In this document: positions 9,941-20,266 of the stretch, in pieces
Numbering within the stretch: the stretch's first letter is position 1
Layout: every line of letters begins with the position of its first letter
Origin: Cellvibrionales bacterium UBA1969
GTDB lineage: Bacteria > Pseudomonadota > Gammaproteobacteria > Pseudomonadales > UBA7434
Length of the DNA stretch: 64,000 nt
Assembly (NCBI GenBank): GCA_002339085.1
Contig: DDDX01000033.1
Coordinates: 884-64,883 of the forward strand
Direction: 5' to 3'
Notes under the pieces: model-generated
What the model saw: only the letters and a program-made list of their open reading frames with translations
The model's database searches: none
Told to the model about the DNA's origin: nothing
Translations under genes and position numbers: made by a program

Positions 9941-10723
9941 TTGAACAATTCCTTATCGATTTGGAAGAAACTGCATTATCAAGCCTTCGAATTAGCCCAA
10001 GCCGAACCGATGCTTTTCCGTCATTACCATCAGCATATTATCAATCATGAGAATTTTGCTTCGGCATTGGCTTGTCACTTAGCCGTTCAGTTGGGCAATG
10101 AGAGTGTTTCCTCATCAACCTTAGAGAGTTTATTTTTATCAATTTTGACTAAGCATTCCGATATTATTGAATCGGCATTGCAAGATATGGAGGCGTATTA
10201 CCAGCGCGACCCTGCCTGTGATAATTATTGCCGACCGTTTTTATTTTTCAAAGGCTTTTTAGCCATTCAGGCACAACGTCTAGCGCATGCTTTATGGCAT
10301 AGTGATAGGCGCTCATTAGCTCGTTATATTCAACATAAGGTCAGTCTTTTGTGTTGCTGTGATATACACCCTGCGGCGCAATTAGGCAGTGGGCTAATGG
10401 TGGATCATGCAACGGGTCTGGTGATTGGTGAGACGGCTAAGGTCGGAAATAATGTTTCATTGCTTCATGGTGTGACCTTAGGCGGGTCAGGTAATAACGT
10501 TGGTAAGCGTCATCCTACTATAGGCGATGATGTTATGATCAGTGCTGGCGCTAAAGTACTAGGTAGTATTAGTGTAGGTAAGGGGTCTAAAGTGGGGGCG
10601 GGCAGCGTTGTATTAAATACTGTTCCAGCACATGTAACCGTTGCTGGCGTTCCGGCTAAGATTGTGGGTCGACTGTCTGATAAAACACCGTCTTTATCGA
10701 TGGACCAAGATATTAGTTACTAA
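9941..10723 (+). CDS. cysE: serine O-acetyltransferase
   Basis: N-terminal SATase helical domain plus a hexapeptide-repeat region (DIHPAAQLGSGLMVDHATGLVIGETAKVGNNVSLLHGVTLGG). TTG start. Confidence 0.88.
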   Translation: MNNSLSIWKKLHYQAFELAQAEPMLFRHYHQHIINHENFASALACHLAVQLGNESVSSSTLESLFLSILTKHSDIIESALQDMEAYYQRDPACDNYCRPFLFFKGFLAIQAQRLAHALWHSDRRSLARYIQHKVSLLCCCDIHPAAQLGSGLMVDHATGLVIGETAKVGNNVSLLHGVTLGGSGNNVGKRHPTIGDDVMISAGAKVLGSISVGKGSKVGAGSVVLNTVPAHVTVAGVPAKIVGRLSDKTPSLSMDQDISY

Positions 10724-10782
10724 CTATTTCTTCATACTTCGATTCTAACGTGATCGCGTTATGGTTTGTGTTTCTCAAGGAT

Positions 10783-10809
10783 AAATACCGGCCGAGGCCG
10801 GTATTTTAT
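10783..10809. terminator. bidirectional intrinsic terminator between convergent cysE and ppa
   Basis: AAATACCGGC-(CGAG loop)-GCCGGTATTT forms a ~10-bp GC-rich stem. It is flanked by A-run/T-run sequence, so a U-tract follows on both strands. Confidence 0.7.
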
Positions 10810-10827
10810 CTGCACTGCAGAGGAAAA

Positions 10828-11352
10828 TTATTTAACTGCGGCTACCGATTTAACAATTTCTGCTTTTGCTTCAGCGGCGTCAGCCCAACCTTGGACTTTT
10901 ACCCACTTGCCTTTTTCGAGATCTTTGTAGTGTTCAAAGAAATGTTCAATCTGCTGCAATAGTAGAGCGGGCAGATCGGTTGCTTCTTGTACTTCTCGAT
11001 AAATCACAGACAGCTTATCAACCGGAACGGCGATGAGCTTGGCGTCGACACCTGATTCATCTTCCATTTTCAGTACGCCGACAGGACGGCATTTAATGAC
11101 AGCACCGTTGATTAACGGGTAAGGCGTTGGAACTAATACATCGAGTGGGTCGCCATCCTCTGATAAAGTATTAGGAATATAACCGTAGTTGCAAGGATAA
11201 AACATAGCGGTTGCCATGAATCGGTCGACCATAAGTGCGCCAGTGTCCTTATCAACTTCATACTTTACTGGGTCGCTGTTAGCCGGAATTTCAATAATAA
11301 CGTTGATTTCATCAGGAATATTTTTACCTGCAGGGATATCGTTAATACTCAT
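10828..11352 (-). CDS. ppa: inorganic pyrophosphatase (family I)
   Basis: 174 aa, with [33 protein letters not shown] and DAKLIAVP motifs. Confidence 0.95.
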   Translation of the reverse strand: MSINDIPAGKNIPDEINVIIEIPANSDPVKYEVDKDTGALMVDRFMATAMFYPCNYGYIPNTLSEDGDPLDVLVPTPYPLINGAVIKCRPVGVLKMEDESGVDAKLIAVPVDKLSVIYREVQEATDLPALLLQQIEHFFEHYKDLEKGKWVKVQGWADAAEAKAEIVKSVAAVK

Positions 11353-11497
11353 AAAATTGATTACCTTTACTCGTCAGATGGATAATTTTAGTGTTAGATT
11401 TGGCTATTTTTGATGCCTAAGGTTGCCGATGGGCGCGGATAATACCAGAGAGCCATGTGATTAGCCAAATTACAGTGTTGAAAAGCCTTTATTAAGC

Positions 11498-12757
11498 TCA
11501 ATCTTGTCTATATTTACCGAGTTTTTTGGTCGTCATTACTTTTTTAAGGCGGGCATATACTGGCAGCCCACGTTTATACGGTGGGTAATCTTCACCTCGG
11601 ATTAAGGGTGATAAATACTCTCTTGCTCTATCGGTGATGTGCCAGCCATCGCGGCTGATAAAATCACGAGGCAGTTTTTTTTCAACATTGGCTACCGTTG
11701 ATAATGAGGCCTCGCCAATTGACCAGCTGTATTTTTTGCCCTTGCCACGGACAATGGTTGGCATTACTCCGGTCTTGCCATCGACTGCTAATGCTACGGC
11801 GGCTTCGCCCAATGCATAGGCTTGATCGACATCGGTTTTTGATGCGATATGACGAGCAGAGCGCTGCAGGTAATCAGCCATTGCCCAGTGATACTTATAG
11901 CCAAATTTGCGCTTGATCATTTCAGCCAAGTTGGGCGCTACGCCGCCGAGTTGCAGGTGGCCAAAAGCATCTTTTGTACTGCTGCCTGATAAGTATTGCC
12001 CCGATTGATCTTGGGTGCCTTCGGAGGCAACAATAACGCAGTAGCCGTATTTCTTAACGGTGCGGTTGACTTGAGTAAGAAATTTCTCTCGGTTAAAAGT
12101 AATTTCAGGAAATAAAATCATGTGTGGTGCATCGCCTTCTTGCTCTGCCGCTAGGCCTGCCGATGCGGCAATCCAGCCGGCGTTTCTGCCCATCACCTCT
12201 AGGATAAATATTTTAGTCGAGGAGGCGCTCATGGATGCGACATCTAAAGCGGCTTCTTTGGTTGAGATGGCGACATATTTGGCTACCGAGCCAAACCCTG
12301 GGCAGTTATCGGTGAATGGTAGATCGTTATCAATAGTTTTAGGTATGCCAATACACTGCAGTGGATAGCCAACTTGTTTGCAGTATTCTGACAGTTTATA
12401 AGTTGTGTCTTGAGAGTCGCCGCCACCGTTATAAAAAAAATAGCCAATATTGTGGGCTTGAAAAACGTCAATCATTCGTTCGTATTCTGCACGATTATCA
12501 GCAAGGCTTTTCAGTTTATAGCGGCAAGAGCCAAATGCTCCGCTAGGCGTATGCAATAGCTGATTAATGGTGCAGGCCGTTTCTTTACTGGTATCGATTA
12601 ACTCTTCGTTAAGCGCGCCAATTATGCCATTATGACCGGCAAAGACCTTGGCGATCTTAGGCTCTACTTTGGCAGCTTGGATAACGCCGCAAGCGGATGC
12701 ATTGATGACTGCGGTAACACCGCCGGATTGAGCGTAAAAAGCATTCTTTTTTGGCAT
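11498..12757 (-). CDS. 6-phosphofructokinase, probably pyrophosphate-dependent type
   Basis: PFK family motifs: AQSGGVTAVINAS, NGGGDSQDT and GIPKTIDNDL. The ~420-aa size and N-terminus resemble the PPi-PFKs of methanotrophs and Xanthomonas, but donor specificity cannot be proven from sequence here. I moved the start to the ATG at 12757, because the 74-aa track extension is low-complexity and overlaps mpl. Confidence 0.8.
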   Translation of the reverse strand: MPKKNAFYAQSGGVTAVINASACGVIQAAKVEPKIAKVFAGHNGIIGALNEELIDTSKETACTINQLLHTPSGAFGSCRYKLKSLADNRAEYERMIDVFQAHNIGYFFYNGGGDSQDTTYKLSEYCKQVGYPLQCIGIPKTIDNDLPFTDNCPGFGSVAKYVAISTKEAALDVASMSASSTKIFILEVMGRNAGWIAASAGLAAEQEGDAPHMILFPEITFNREKFLTQVNRTVKKYGYCVIVASEGTQDQSGQYLSGSSTKDAFGHLQLGGVAPNLAEMIKRKFGYKYHWAMADYLQRSARHIASKTDVDQAYALGEAAVALAVDGKTGVMPTIVRGKGKKYSWSIGEASLSTVANVEKKLPRDFISRDGWHITDRAREYLSPLIRGEDYPPYKRGLPVYARLKKVMTTKKLGKYRQD

Positions 12758-12967
12758 ATTGAGTGCTGTGCTGTGAGCTAGATAATAAAGATACCATTTT
12801 AGACTGACATTAACGTAAAATCTTACATTATCTGTCCGCTTAAAAGGCTTGTAATAGTTTAACTGATTCCTGTAATAATAGCGGAACAGAGGCAGTTTAA
12901 GTGGTGAGCTATAAAGGCTATTACTTTGCTTAATCGTGCTAAGCAATTTATTGGAAGCATAATCTCG

Positions 12968-14350
12968 ATGCATATTCATATTTTAGGTATTTGTGGGTCA
13001 TTTATGGGCAGTTTGGCCTTGTTAGCGCGCGAAGCGGGTCATCAAGTGTCAGGCGCTGATCAGCAGGTCTACCCACCCATGAGTGATCAGTTGCAAGCGG
13101 CAGATATCATCTTGCATGAAGGTTATGATGCCGAGCATTTAGTCAACATGACGCCTGATATTGTTGTGATTGGCAATGCATTATCTCGAGGTAACCCTTC
13201 GGTTGAGTATGTGTTAGAGCATAATTTAGTTTATCAATCAGGGCCGCAGTGGTTGTCTGAGCAGGTATTGAAGGATCGTTGGGTATTAGCTGTTGCCGGC
13301 ACCCATGGTAAAACGACCACCGCTAGTATGCTAGCTTGGATTTTGTCAGAAGCAGGTTTGGCGCCTGGCTATTTAATTGGTGGTGTGCCCTGCAATTTTG
13401 AACGCTCTGCACAATTAGGGACGTCGCCTTATTTTGTAATAGAAGCGGATGAATATGATACTGCTTTTTTTGATAAGCGGAGTAAGTTTGTTCATTATCA
13501 TCCAAGAACATTGGTGTTGAATAACCTCGAGTTTGATCATGCAGATATTTTTTCTGACCTTGCGGCAATTCAAACGCAGTTTCACCATTTGGTGCGAACA
13601 GTGCCTGCAGGGGGTAAAATACTCATGCCTGCAGACACTGCCTTAGAACAGGTGATCGAGCAAGGTTGCTGGAGTCCAATAGAGTATTTATCTTCCGAAA
13701 AAGGTGTATGGCAAATAAGCGGTATGAGTGATGATTTATCCACTTTTTCTGTCTGTTACCGGCCGTCAGAGAGCGAGTTGAATGAAGATCAGCAAGGGCG
13801 TATCGATTGGACGCTGTCAGGGCGTCATAATCAGGCAAATGCCTTGGCGGCAATTGCGGCTGCCAATCACGTAGGGGTCAGTGTCGCAACCGCTTCGGTG
13901 GCATTATCGAATTTTACCAGTGTTAAACGTCGTATGGAAGAAATTGCCTGTATCGATGGGGTAACGGTTTACGATGATTTTGCGCATCATCCCAGTGCGA
14001 TTCAACTGACTTTGGAGGGCTTGCGAGCCAAAGTGGGTGGCGCTCGAATCATTGCAGTCATTGAGCCGCGGTCCAATACCATGCGTATGGGTCATCATGA
14101 TCAAAAGTTATTGGCCGCTACAGATGAAGCTAATGTGCTAGTTTGGTACAGTGAGATAGAAAATCATGCTGATAACTTAAAAGCTCTTTTTGCTGGCAGA
14201 GAACAGGCCAGCGTAATGCATTCCGTTGCTGATATTGTTGATGCTTTATTGATGCAGTTGCACAAGGGTGACCATGTTGTGATCATGAGTAATGGTTCTT
14301 TTAGTGGCATTCATTCACTGTTGATAAATGCCTTGATTCAAAAAAGTTAA
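12968..14350 (+). CDS. mpl: UDP-N-acetylmuramate:L-alanyl-gamma-D-glutamyl-meso-DAP ligase (murein peptide ligase)
   Basis: MHIHILGICGSFMGSLALLA N-terminus and the Mur ligase P-loop AVAGTHGKTTT. I chose the start at the ATG at 12968. Confidence 0.9.
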   Translation: MHIHILGICGSFMGSLALLAREAGHQVSGADQQVYPPMSDQLQAADIILHEGYDAEHLVNMTPDIVVIGNALSRGNPSVEYVLEHNLVYQSGPQWLSEQVLKDRWVLAVAGTHGKTTTASMLAWILSEAGLAPGYLIGGVPCNFERSAQLGTSPYFVIEADEYDTAFFDKRSKFVHYHPRTLVLNNLEFDHADIFSDLAAIQTQFHHLVRTVPAGGKILMPADTALEQVIEQGCWSPIEYLSSEKGVWQISGMSDDLSTFSVCYRPSESELNEDQQGRIDWTLSGRHNQANALAAIAAANHVGVSVATASVALSNFTSVKRRMEEIACIDGVTVYDDFAHHPSAIQLTLEGLRAKVGGARIIAVIEPRSNTMRMGHHDQKLLAATDEANVLVWYSEIENHADNLKALFAGREQASVMHSVADIVDALLMQLHKGDHVVIMSNGSFSGIHSLLINALIQKS

Positions 14351-14422
14351 TCGGCTTTGGGCTGACTGAGAAAACGGTTATTTAATGGCGGCCCATATCG
14401 CTTTTATAATGAGAATATCAAG

Positions 14423-15034
14423 ATGAAAAAAATCACTTTGGCTATTACGGGTGCCTCTGGTGCCCAATACGGTTTTCGTCTGCTACAGGTATTACTTGAT
14501 CAAGGCTGTGAGGTGCACTTGTTGATCTCTGCTGCGGCCAGACAAGTTTGCGCTTTAGAGATGTCGATAGAACTACCTAATGAAAATAAAGCTATACTTG
14601 ATTATTTGGCCAAAAAATTTCAATGTGACACCACTCGTTTGCATTTATATGGCGAGAAGCAATGGGCGGCGTCGGTAGCCTCGGGCTCGAATGCGCCCGA
14701 AGCGATGATTGTCTGTCCTTGTAGCTCGGGAACTCTATCAGCTATTGCAACAGGTGCTAGTGATAACTTAATTGAGCGAGCCGCTGATGTGATACTCAAA
14801 GAGCAAAAGAAATTAATTTTAGTGCACCGTGAAATGCCACTTTCTGTGATTCATCTTGAACATCAGTTGTCATTAGGGCGTTTAGGTGTAGTGATTATGC
14901 CGGCTTCGCCAGGCTTCTATCATCAGCCCGACAGTATCTCTGATTTAATTGATTTTGTTGTGGCCAGAATCCTTGATCACGTGGCTGTAGAACATCAACT
15001 AATGCAGCGCTGGGGTGCCGATAAAAATGTCTAA
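14423..15034 (+). CDS. ubiX: flavin prenyltransferase UbiX
   Basis: ITGASGAQYGFRLL N-terminus, CPCSSGTLSAIA motif, ~200 aa. Confidence 0.9.
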   Translation: MKKITLAITGASGAQYGFRLLQVLLDQGCEVHLLISAAARQVCALEMSIELPNENKAILDYLAKKFQCDTTRLHLYGEKQWAASVASGSNAPEAMIVCPCSSGTLSAIATGASDNLIERAADVILKEQKKLILVHREMPLSVIHLEHQLSLGRLGVVIMPASPGFYHQPDSISDLIDFVVARILDHVAVEHQLMQRWGADKNV

Positions 15035-15104
15035 CGGCAATTGGCGCTTCAGGCATAAGCTTATTTTTGTGATGGATAGTATTTAGTAATATCAGGAGTT
15101 AGTT

Positions 15105-17627
15105 TTGTCTGAATCGATAAATTCAATAACAGCGCCCCGGTTTATGCATTTTTATCAGGCTATCGTATTAGCTAGACCTAAAGTAACAGTAGCCTTTCTG
15201 ATTTTATTGAGTCTTGTTGCAGCTTTTTTTGCTCAAAATTATAAGGTTGATGCCTCGGCTGATGCCTTAGTACTTGAGGGCGATGAGGATCTCGCTTTCT
15301 TTCGAGAGATAGGTAAGCGTTATGCGGCTGAAGATTTCTTTGTCATTGCTTATCAACCGCAACAAGGCTTGTTAAGCCAGCAGTCACTGTCAGCATTAGC
15401 CGCATTGGTTGACGACCTTGGCAGTGTTAACGGTGTGTCATCGGTAATGTCTGTATTAGATGTGCCATTGTTATATTCACCTAAATTAAGGATGAGTGAT
15501 TTAGGTTCGCCATTGAAAACCTTGCGCAATGATACGGTCGATAAAGTGTTAGCTGAAAAAGAGCTGTTAGACAGTCCTATTTATTCCCAGCTGTTGACTA
15601 GCAAAGATATGGATACAACGGCGATTCAGGTGAACCTAACGCGTGATGTCACCTATGTTGAACTAATGGATCGACGCGATAGTTTACGTCAGCAACAACA
15701 ACTGATGCCATTAAGTGTTGATCAACAAGCAAAACTGCTTGACGCCGAAGCCGAGTTTAAAGCGTATGCAACCGCAGCGGCCGTTCGACAGCAGCGACAA
15801 GTGACGGAAGTGCGTGCAATACTTGATTTGCATCGCCCGCAGGCGAAAGCTATCTATCTTGGTGGTTTGCCAATGATAGCCAACGATATGGTTTCATTTG
15901 TTAAAAGTGATTTGCAGACTTTTGGTATAGGTATTATCGCTTTTATTGTTTTGTTGCTAACCGTTATTTTCAGATCCTTTCGCTGGGTGATATTGCCGTT
16001 ACTCAGTTGTATCTTAACGAATATATTTATGCTGGGTTTGTTAGGCTTTCTCGATTGGCGAATGACCGTTATTTCTTCTAATTTTATTGCCTTGTTGTTA
16101 ATTATTACCCTGGCGATTGGCGTGCATTTGGTGGTTCGTTACCTTGAGCTGCAAATGCTTGATGAGAAGGCAGATCAGCAGCAACTGACAATTGCAACAG
16201 TTAGTCAAATGTTACGTCCTTGCCTTTATACAGCATTAACTACTATTGTGGCGTTTATGTCGTTGGTAATTAGCGGTATTCGTCCAGTGATGGATTTTGG
16301 TTGGATGATGACAGTAGGTGTCGTGGTGGCCTTAATGACTACCTTTATTGTGGTGCCGCTCGGTATGAGTTTAGGCCCAGCGCCGGTGGTTGATAAAAAA
16401 TCTAGAGCGGACGAAACTTCCATACTGACCTTATCATTTGCACGTTTTGCGGAGTATCATGGTCAGGTTATTTTATGGTTTTCTGCCACCCTATTTGCGC
16501 TTGCGCTATTCGGTCTTTCGCAACTCAAGGTAGAAAATCGATTTATTGATTATTTTGATGAGTCGACAGAGATTTATCAAGGGATGGAGTTAATTGATAG
16601 CGATCTGGGCGGTACGATACCATTAGAGCTGATATTATTTGCACCAACAGTGAGTGCCGATGAAAGTGTCAATAATAGCGAGGAAGAATTTGACGACTTT
16701 GATGATTTCGATGAGTCAGATTCTACCCCCAACCAGAATTATTGGTTTACTTCAGCCGGCTTAAATAAAATTGAAGCTATTCATAATCATATTGATAAAT
16801 TAACTGAAACCGGCAAGGTATTGTCGTTGGCAACAGTCTATCGTGTTGCAAGAGATCTGCTTGGTGGAAATCTAAATGATATTGAGCTGGCTTTAGCGTA
16901 TAGATCTTTGCCGGCTGCCATTAAGGATGTGGTTGTATCGCCCTATTTACATGAGGGGTCTAATCAGGCACGTATCACGATTCGTGTGAAAGAGACCAGT
17001 CGATCGCTTAATCGAGCAGAGTTGCTAACAGGTATCGATCATTTTATGAGTCAGTCAGGCTACAGTAGAGATGACTATCGTTTAACCGGCATGCTAGTGC
17101 TTTATAACAATATGCTGCAAAGCTTATTTACCTCTCAGATTCTTACCTTAGGTTTAGTTTTTATCGCGATAACAGCCATGTTAATCGTCTTGTTTCAGTC
17201 ATTAAGCCTGGCTTTAATCGGTATTACGCCTAACCTAATGGCGGCGTTATTTGTGCTAGGTGGTATGGGTATAGCCGGCATACCTTTAGATATGATGACC
17301 ATTACTATTGCGGCTATTAGTATTGGTATTGGGGTAGATAATACCATTCATTATATACACCGCTATAGGCGGGAGTTTGCTATAGACCAAGATTATATTG
17401 CGAGCATGCATCGCTCTCATGCCAGTATTGGTCGAGCAATGTATTACACTTCGATTACGATTATTTTTGGTTTTTCTATTTTAACCTTGTCGAACTTTAA
17501 GCCGAGTATTTATTTTGGTTTATTAACGGGTCTAGCGATGCTATCAGCATTACTAGGTTCATTATTATTGTTACCCCGTTTGCTTTTACTGTTTCAGCCA
17601 ATCGGTAAAACAAGTCTACGTTTGTAG
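15105..17627 (+). CDS. RND-superfamily / MMPL-domain exporter (HpnN-like, 2 x 6 TM)
   Basis: Two hydrophobic six-helix bundles, each preceded by a large soluble loop. The SSD-like motif GIGVDNTIHYIHRY is present. There is an acidic insert, EEEFDDFDDFDESDS. TTG start. Confidence 0.78.
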   Translation: MSESINSITAPRFMHFYQAIVLARPKVTVAFLILLSLVAAFFAQNYKVDASADALVLEGDEDLAFFREIGKRYAAEDFFVIAYQPQQGLLSQQSLSALAALVDDLGSVNGVSSVMSVLDVPLLYSPKLRMSDLGSPLKTLRNDTVDKVLAEKELLDSPIYSQLLTSKDMDTTAIQVNLTRDVTYVELMDRRDSLRQQQQLMPLSVDQQAKLLDAEAEFKAYATAAAVRQQRQVTEVRAILDLHRPQAKAIYLGGLPMIANDMVSFVKSDLQTFGIGIIAFIVLLLTVIFRSFRWVILPLLSCILTNIFMLGLLGFLDWRMTVISSNFIALLLIITLAIGVHLVVRYLELQMLDEKADQQQLTIATVSQMLRPCLYTALTTIVAFMSLVISGIRPVMDFGWMMTVGVVVALMTTFIVVPLGMSLGPAPVVDKKSRADETSILTLSFARFAEYHGQVILWFSATLFALALFGLSQLKVENRFIDYFDESTEIYQGMELIDSDLGGTIPLELILFAPTVSADESVNNSEEEFDDFDDFDESDSTPNQNYWFTSAGLNKIEAIHNHIDKLTETGKVLSLATVYRVARDLLGGNLNDIELALAYRSLPAAIKDVVVSPYLHEGSNQARITIRVKETSRSLNRAELLTGIDHFMSQSGYSRDDYRLTGMLVLYNNMLQSLFTSQILTLGLVFIAITAMLIVLFQSLSLALIGITPNLMAALFVLGGMGIAGIPLDMMTITIAAISIGIGVDNTIHYIHRYRREFAIDQDYIASMHRSHASIGRAMYYTSITIIFGFSILTLSNFKPSIYFGLLTGLAMLSALLGSLLLLPRLLLLFQPIGKTSLRL

Positions 17628-17637
17628 GTCACATGGT

Positions 17638-17898
17638 ATGGTTCAGGAATGTCTTGAGGGTTGTGGTGCTTGTTGCATTGCGCCAGCGATTAGCACGCCA
17701 ATTCCTGGTATGCCTGAGGGAAAATCTGCAGGAACTAGGTGCGTGCAATTAGATGAAGCGAATGCTTGCCGGTTGTTCGGTTTACCATCGAGACCGTCTG
17801 TCTGTGAGAGTTTTAAGCCTCAGTTAGAGATGTGCGCTAATGGTCCAGTGCATGCGTTACGTTGGCTTACTGATTTAGAGCGATACACCTTACCGTAA
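17638..17898 (+). CDS. YkgJ-family cysteine-cluster protein
   Basis: 86 aa with CxxCGACC at the N-terminus plus further Cys residues (C..C..C). Confidence 0.65.
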   Translation: MVQECLEGCGACCIAPAISTPIPGMPEGKSAGTRCVQLDEANACRLFGLPSRPSVCESFKPQLEMCANGPVHALRWLTDLERYTLP

Positions 17899-17904
17899 GT
17901 TGCT

Positions 17905-17952
17905 TGGCTAGCGAATTATGATTAAAGTGTTACCTAGCCATCTGTTTTTTTT
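17905..17952 (+). terminator. possible intrinsic terminator after the YkgJ-like gene
   Basis: A 7-bp stem (TGGCTAG/CTAGCCA) followed by T8 at 17945-17952. The loop is long (22 nt), so this is weak. Confidence 0.35.
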
Positions 17953-17973
17953 AGAGGATAAAGAGAAGCTTTT

Positions 17974-18579
17974 GTGTTAAATGATTATCCGCTATTTCCA
18001 TTGCCGTTAGTGGCCTTTCCAGGTTGCCGGCTTCCGCTGCAGATCTTTGAGCCGCGTTACCTCGACTTAGTTAAATTGAGCCTGTCAACTAACCGATCTT
18101 TTGGTATAGTGACTTTATCCTCAAATCAGCCGCAAAATGATTCACCCGTATTCGAGCCTATTGGTACGGCGGTAAAAATTGTTGATTTTAATGAGCAGCC
18201 TAATGGTTTACTAGGTATTGTTTGCGAAGGTGCCCATAAAATTTATGTACGTAGTGCATCCTCAACAGATAATCATTTAATTTGTGCCGATGTTGAGGAA
18301 GTGGTCGATGAGCCGGTGTTGGCAGTTCCACCAGAATTTGAAGATTTAGTGTACGTGTTAGATTCCTTATTCAAGCACCCCTATGTAGAAACTTTAGGTT
18401 ATCCAAGTCGCTCTATTGATGAATGGTTTTTAGATGCGGCTAATCTTGGCTTTTATTTGTCCTATTTATTGCCCTTTTCTACTGAAATTCGTTATCGATT
18501 ATTATCGCTGGAACTTCCTTTTGAGCGATTAATTCTTATTCAATCCCTGCTTGACGATATGGACCCTCAGGACAGTTAG
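17974..18579 (+). CDS. LON peptidase N-terminal (substrate-binding) domain protein
   Basis: LFPLPLVAFPGCRLPLQIFEPRYLDLV is the typical Lon-N start. At 201 aa it has no ATPase or protease domain. GTG start. Confidence 0.8.
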   Translation: MLNDYPLFPLPLVAFPGCRLPLQIFEPRYLDLVKLSLSTNRSFGIVTLSSNQPQNDSPVFEPIGTAVKIVDFNEQPNGLLGIVCEGAHKIYVRSASSTDNHLICADVEEVVDEPVLAVPPEFEDLVYVLDSLFKHPYVETLGYPSRSIDEWFLDAANLGFYLSYLLPFSTEIRYRLLSLELPFERLILIQSLLDDMDPQDS

Positions 18580-18693
18580 AGGTGTAAATTGATCAATCGG
18601 CTGTTGCTGTGGTCGGCATTTATAAAAATCTTGACTACACTATTATGATAATGATTTTAATGAATATTTGAATGTTAGGAAGTCGTAGCCGTT

Positions 18694-19182
18694 ATGTATA
18701 ATTTTATTGATGTTGAGGCTTCTGGTTTTGGTGCTGGGAGCTACCCTATTGAAGTAGGGTTGGCGATGACCAGTGGGCAGATGCATTGCACGCTTATTCG
18801 CCCTGAAGATGATTGGCTGCACTGGAATGAGGAGGCGGAGTCACTGCATGGCATCACCCGCGATATTTTGCTCGTTAATGGTAAGTCGCCGTTAAAGGTT
18901 GCCATGTTAGTCAACGAATGGTTGGATGGTGAGACGGTATATACCGATGCCTGGGGTAATGATTCCTGTTGGTTAGCTTTACTTTATGAAACAGCTAATA
19001 TTCATCAGCGGTTTACAATTGATTCGGTGGCTTCTCTCATCAGTCAGGAGCAGATGTCGCAATGGCATACGACTAAAAATCAAGTTATCAAAGAAATGGA
19101 CCTTAAGCGGCATCGCGCCAGCAGCGATGCTCTAATTTTACAAACTACCTTTGAGCGACTTCAATGCGAAGTGGCTGTCTAA
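18694..19182 (+). CDS. DEDDh-type 3'-5' exonuclease domain protein
   Basis: Exo I DVEASG, Exo II YTDAWGNDSCWL and Exo III HRASSDA. Confidence 0.72.
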   Translation: MYNFIDVEASGFGAGSYPIEVGLAMTSGQMHCTLIRPEDDWLHWNEEAESLHGITRDILLVNGKSPLKVAMLVNEWLDGETVYTDAWGNDSCWLALLYETANIHQRFTIDSVASLISQEQMSQWHTTKNQVIKEMDLKRHRASSDALILQTTFERLQCEVAV

Positions 19183-19211
19183 TATTTGCCCTATCCGCTT
19201 TTTGCAAAGAT

Positions 19212-19245
19212 ATGTAAATGTCTGCTCTTTACATGGCTATTTTTT
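19212..19245 (+). terminator. possible weak terminator after the exonuclease gene
   Basis: ATGTAAA-N9-TTTACAT stem-loop followed by GGCTATTTTTT. The stem is AT-rich. Confidence 0.3.
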
Positions 19246-19468
19246 AATACTTCCTATATTTTAGCGTCTTTAATAGGCGACTTCTTTCAATGGATTAATA
19301 CCAATCGTTGAAAAAATTCAGTAATTTCAATGACAAACAGAATATCTCAACTAAGCTAAATAGGGATTGTGTCTTTGAAGGCGCAGTTTAATAGGCCAAA
19401 AGGATAGGCTACCAGAATAGTATCGATATTCAATTTGCGATCTTAAAACAGGGTTTACGAGGTCTCTA

Positions 19469-20131
19469 ATGGTTAGACAATATTTTCAAACACAATACGA
19501 GGTTGCAAAGACCGAAATCTTGCCAGGCTTGATGAGCTCTATATTATTAATTATATTGATATTTATATCTTTTAACGCCTTCGCTGATGAAAATGCATCA
19601 ATTTTAGAAGAAACAAAACTTCTGTCTGAAGAATCACCGTCTTACTACCAGATTAATGCCGGTGATGTGCTGTCTATAACGGTTTGGAATGACCCATCTT
19701 TTAGTGCTGAGCAATTATTGGTAAGACCTGACGGGTTTATTAGTGCGCCTGTAGTTGGTGAAATAAAAGCCGGTGGTCAAACCATTGACCAATTGCAAAA
19801 AAACCTATCCGAAAGTCTATCGCGGTATCTAAAAGACGAGCCTACAGTCGTTATTACTATTTTAGCCACTAGCGGCAGTCAGGTATTTGTTCTGGGTAAA
19901 GTCAATGCGCCAGGTGCCTATCCATTGACTGGTAACTTTGATGTTACGCAGGCAATTGCCATGGCACGAGGCCTGAATAGTTTTGCTTCTGAAAATAAAA
20001 TTCTCGTATTACGTCGTGACGTTCGCGGCGTGCAACAGGCCATAGAATTTGAATACGGTAAAGTGCGATCAGGGAAAGATTTATCGTCGAATATTTTACT
20101 TAATAGCGGCGATGTTGTGGTAGTACCTTAA
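19469..20131 (+). CDS. periplasmic polysaccharide export protein (Wza-like, short PEP-CTERM-locus type)
   Basis: Signal peptide. Polysaccharide-export motif YQINAGDVLSITVW...VRPDGFISAPVVGEIKAGGQT and a SLBB-like C-terminal part. An alternative start lies at 19532. Confidence 0.85.
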   Translation: MVRQYFQTQYEVAKTEILPGLMSSILLIILIFISFNAFADENASILEETKLLSEESPSYYQINAGDVLSITVWNDPSFSAEQLLVRPDGFISAPVVGEIKAGGQTIDQLQKNLSESLSRYLKDEPTVVITILATSGSQVFVLGKVNAPGAYPLTGNFDVTQAIAMARGLNSFASENKILVLRRDVRGVQQAIEFEYGKVRSGKDLSSNILLNSGDVVVVP

Positions 20132-20266
20132 TTCGGCTTATCTGAGCGGCGTAAGTGAATTGAGTAGATCAACGAATAGAAAAGTTTTAGGCGCGCGTCC
20201 TGATTGCTTCTAGAATTTTTAATGCTATTTAATTGAGCTTTTGTAAACGCAATAAGAAGTTGATTT

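Noticed and set aside
12758-12979. 74-aa N-terminal extension of the PFK ORF in the six-frame track
   Set aside because: The extension is Tyr/Asn/Leu-rich and low-complexity. It overlaps the mpl start region. The conserved PFK N-terminus (MPKKNAFYAQSGG) begins at the ATG at 12757.
16675-16730. Acidic insert (EEEFDDFDDFDESDS) in the periplasmic loop of the RND/MMPL exporter
   Set aside because: This is a low-complexity acidic linker in a variable loop. It is interesting only as a curiosity, and no functional inference is possible.
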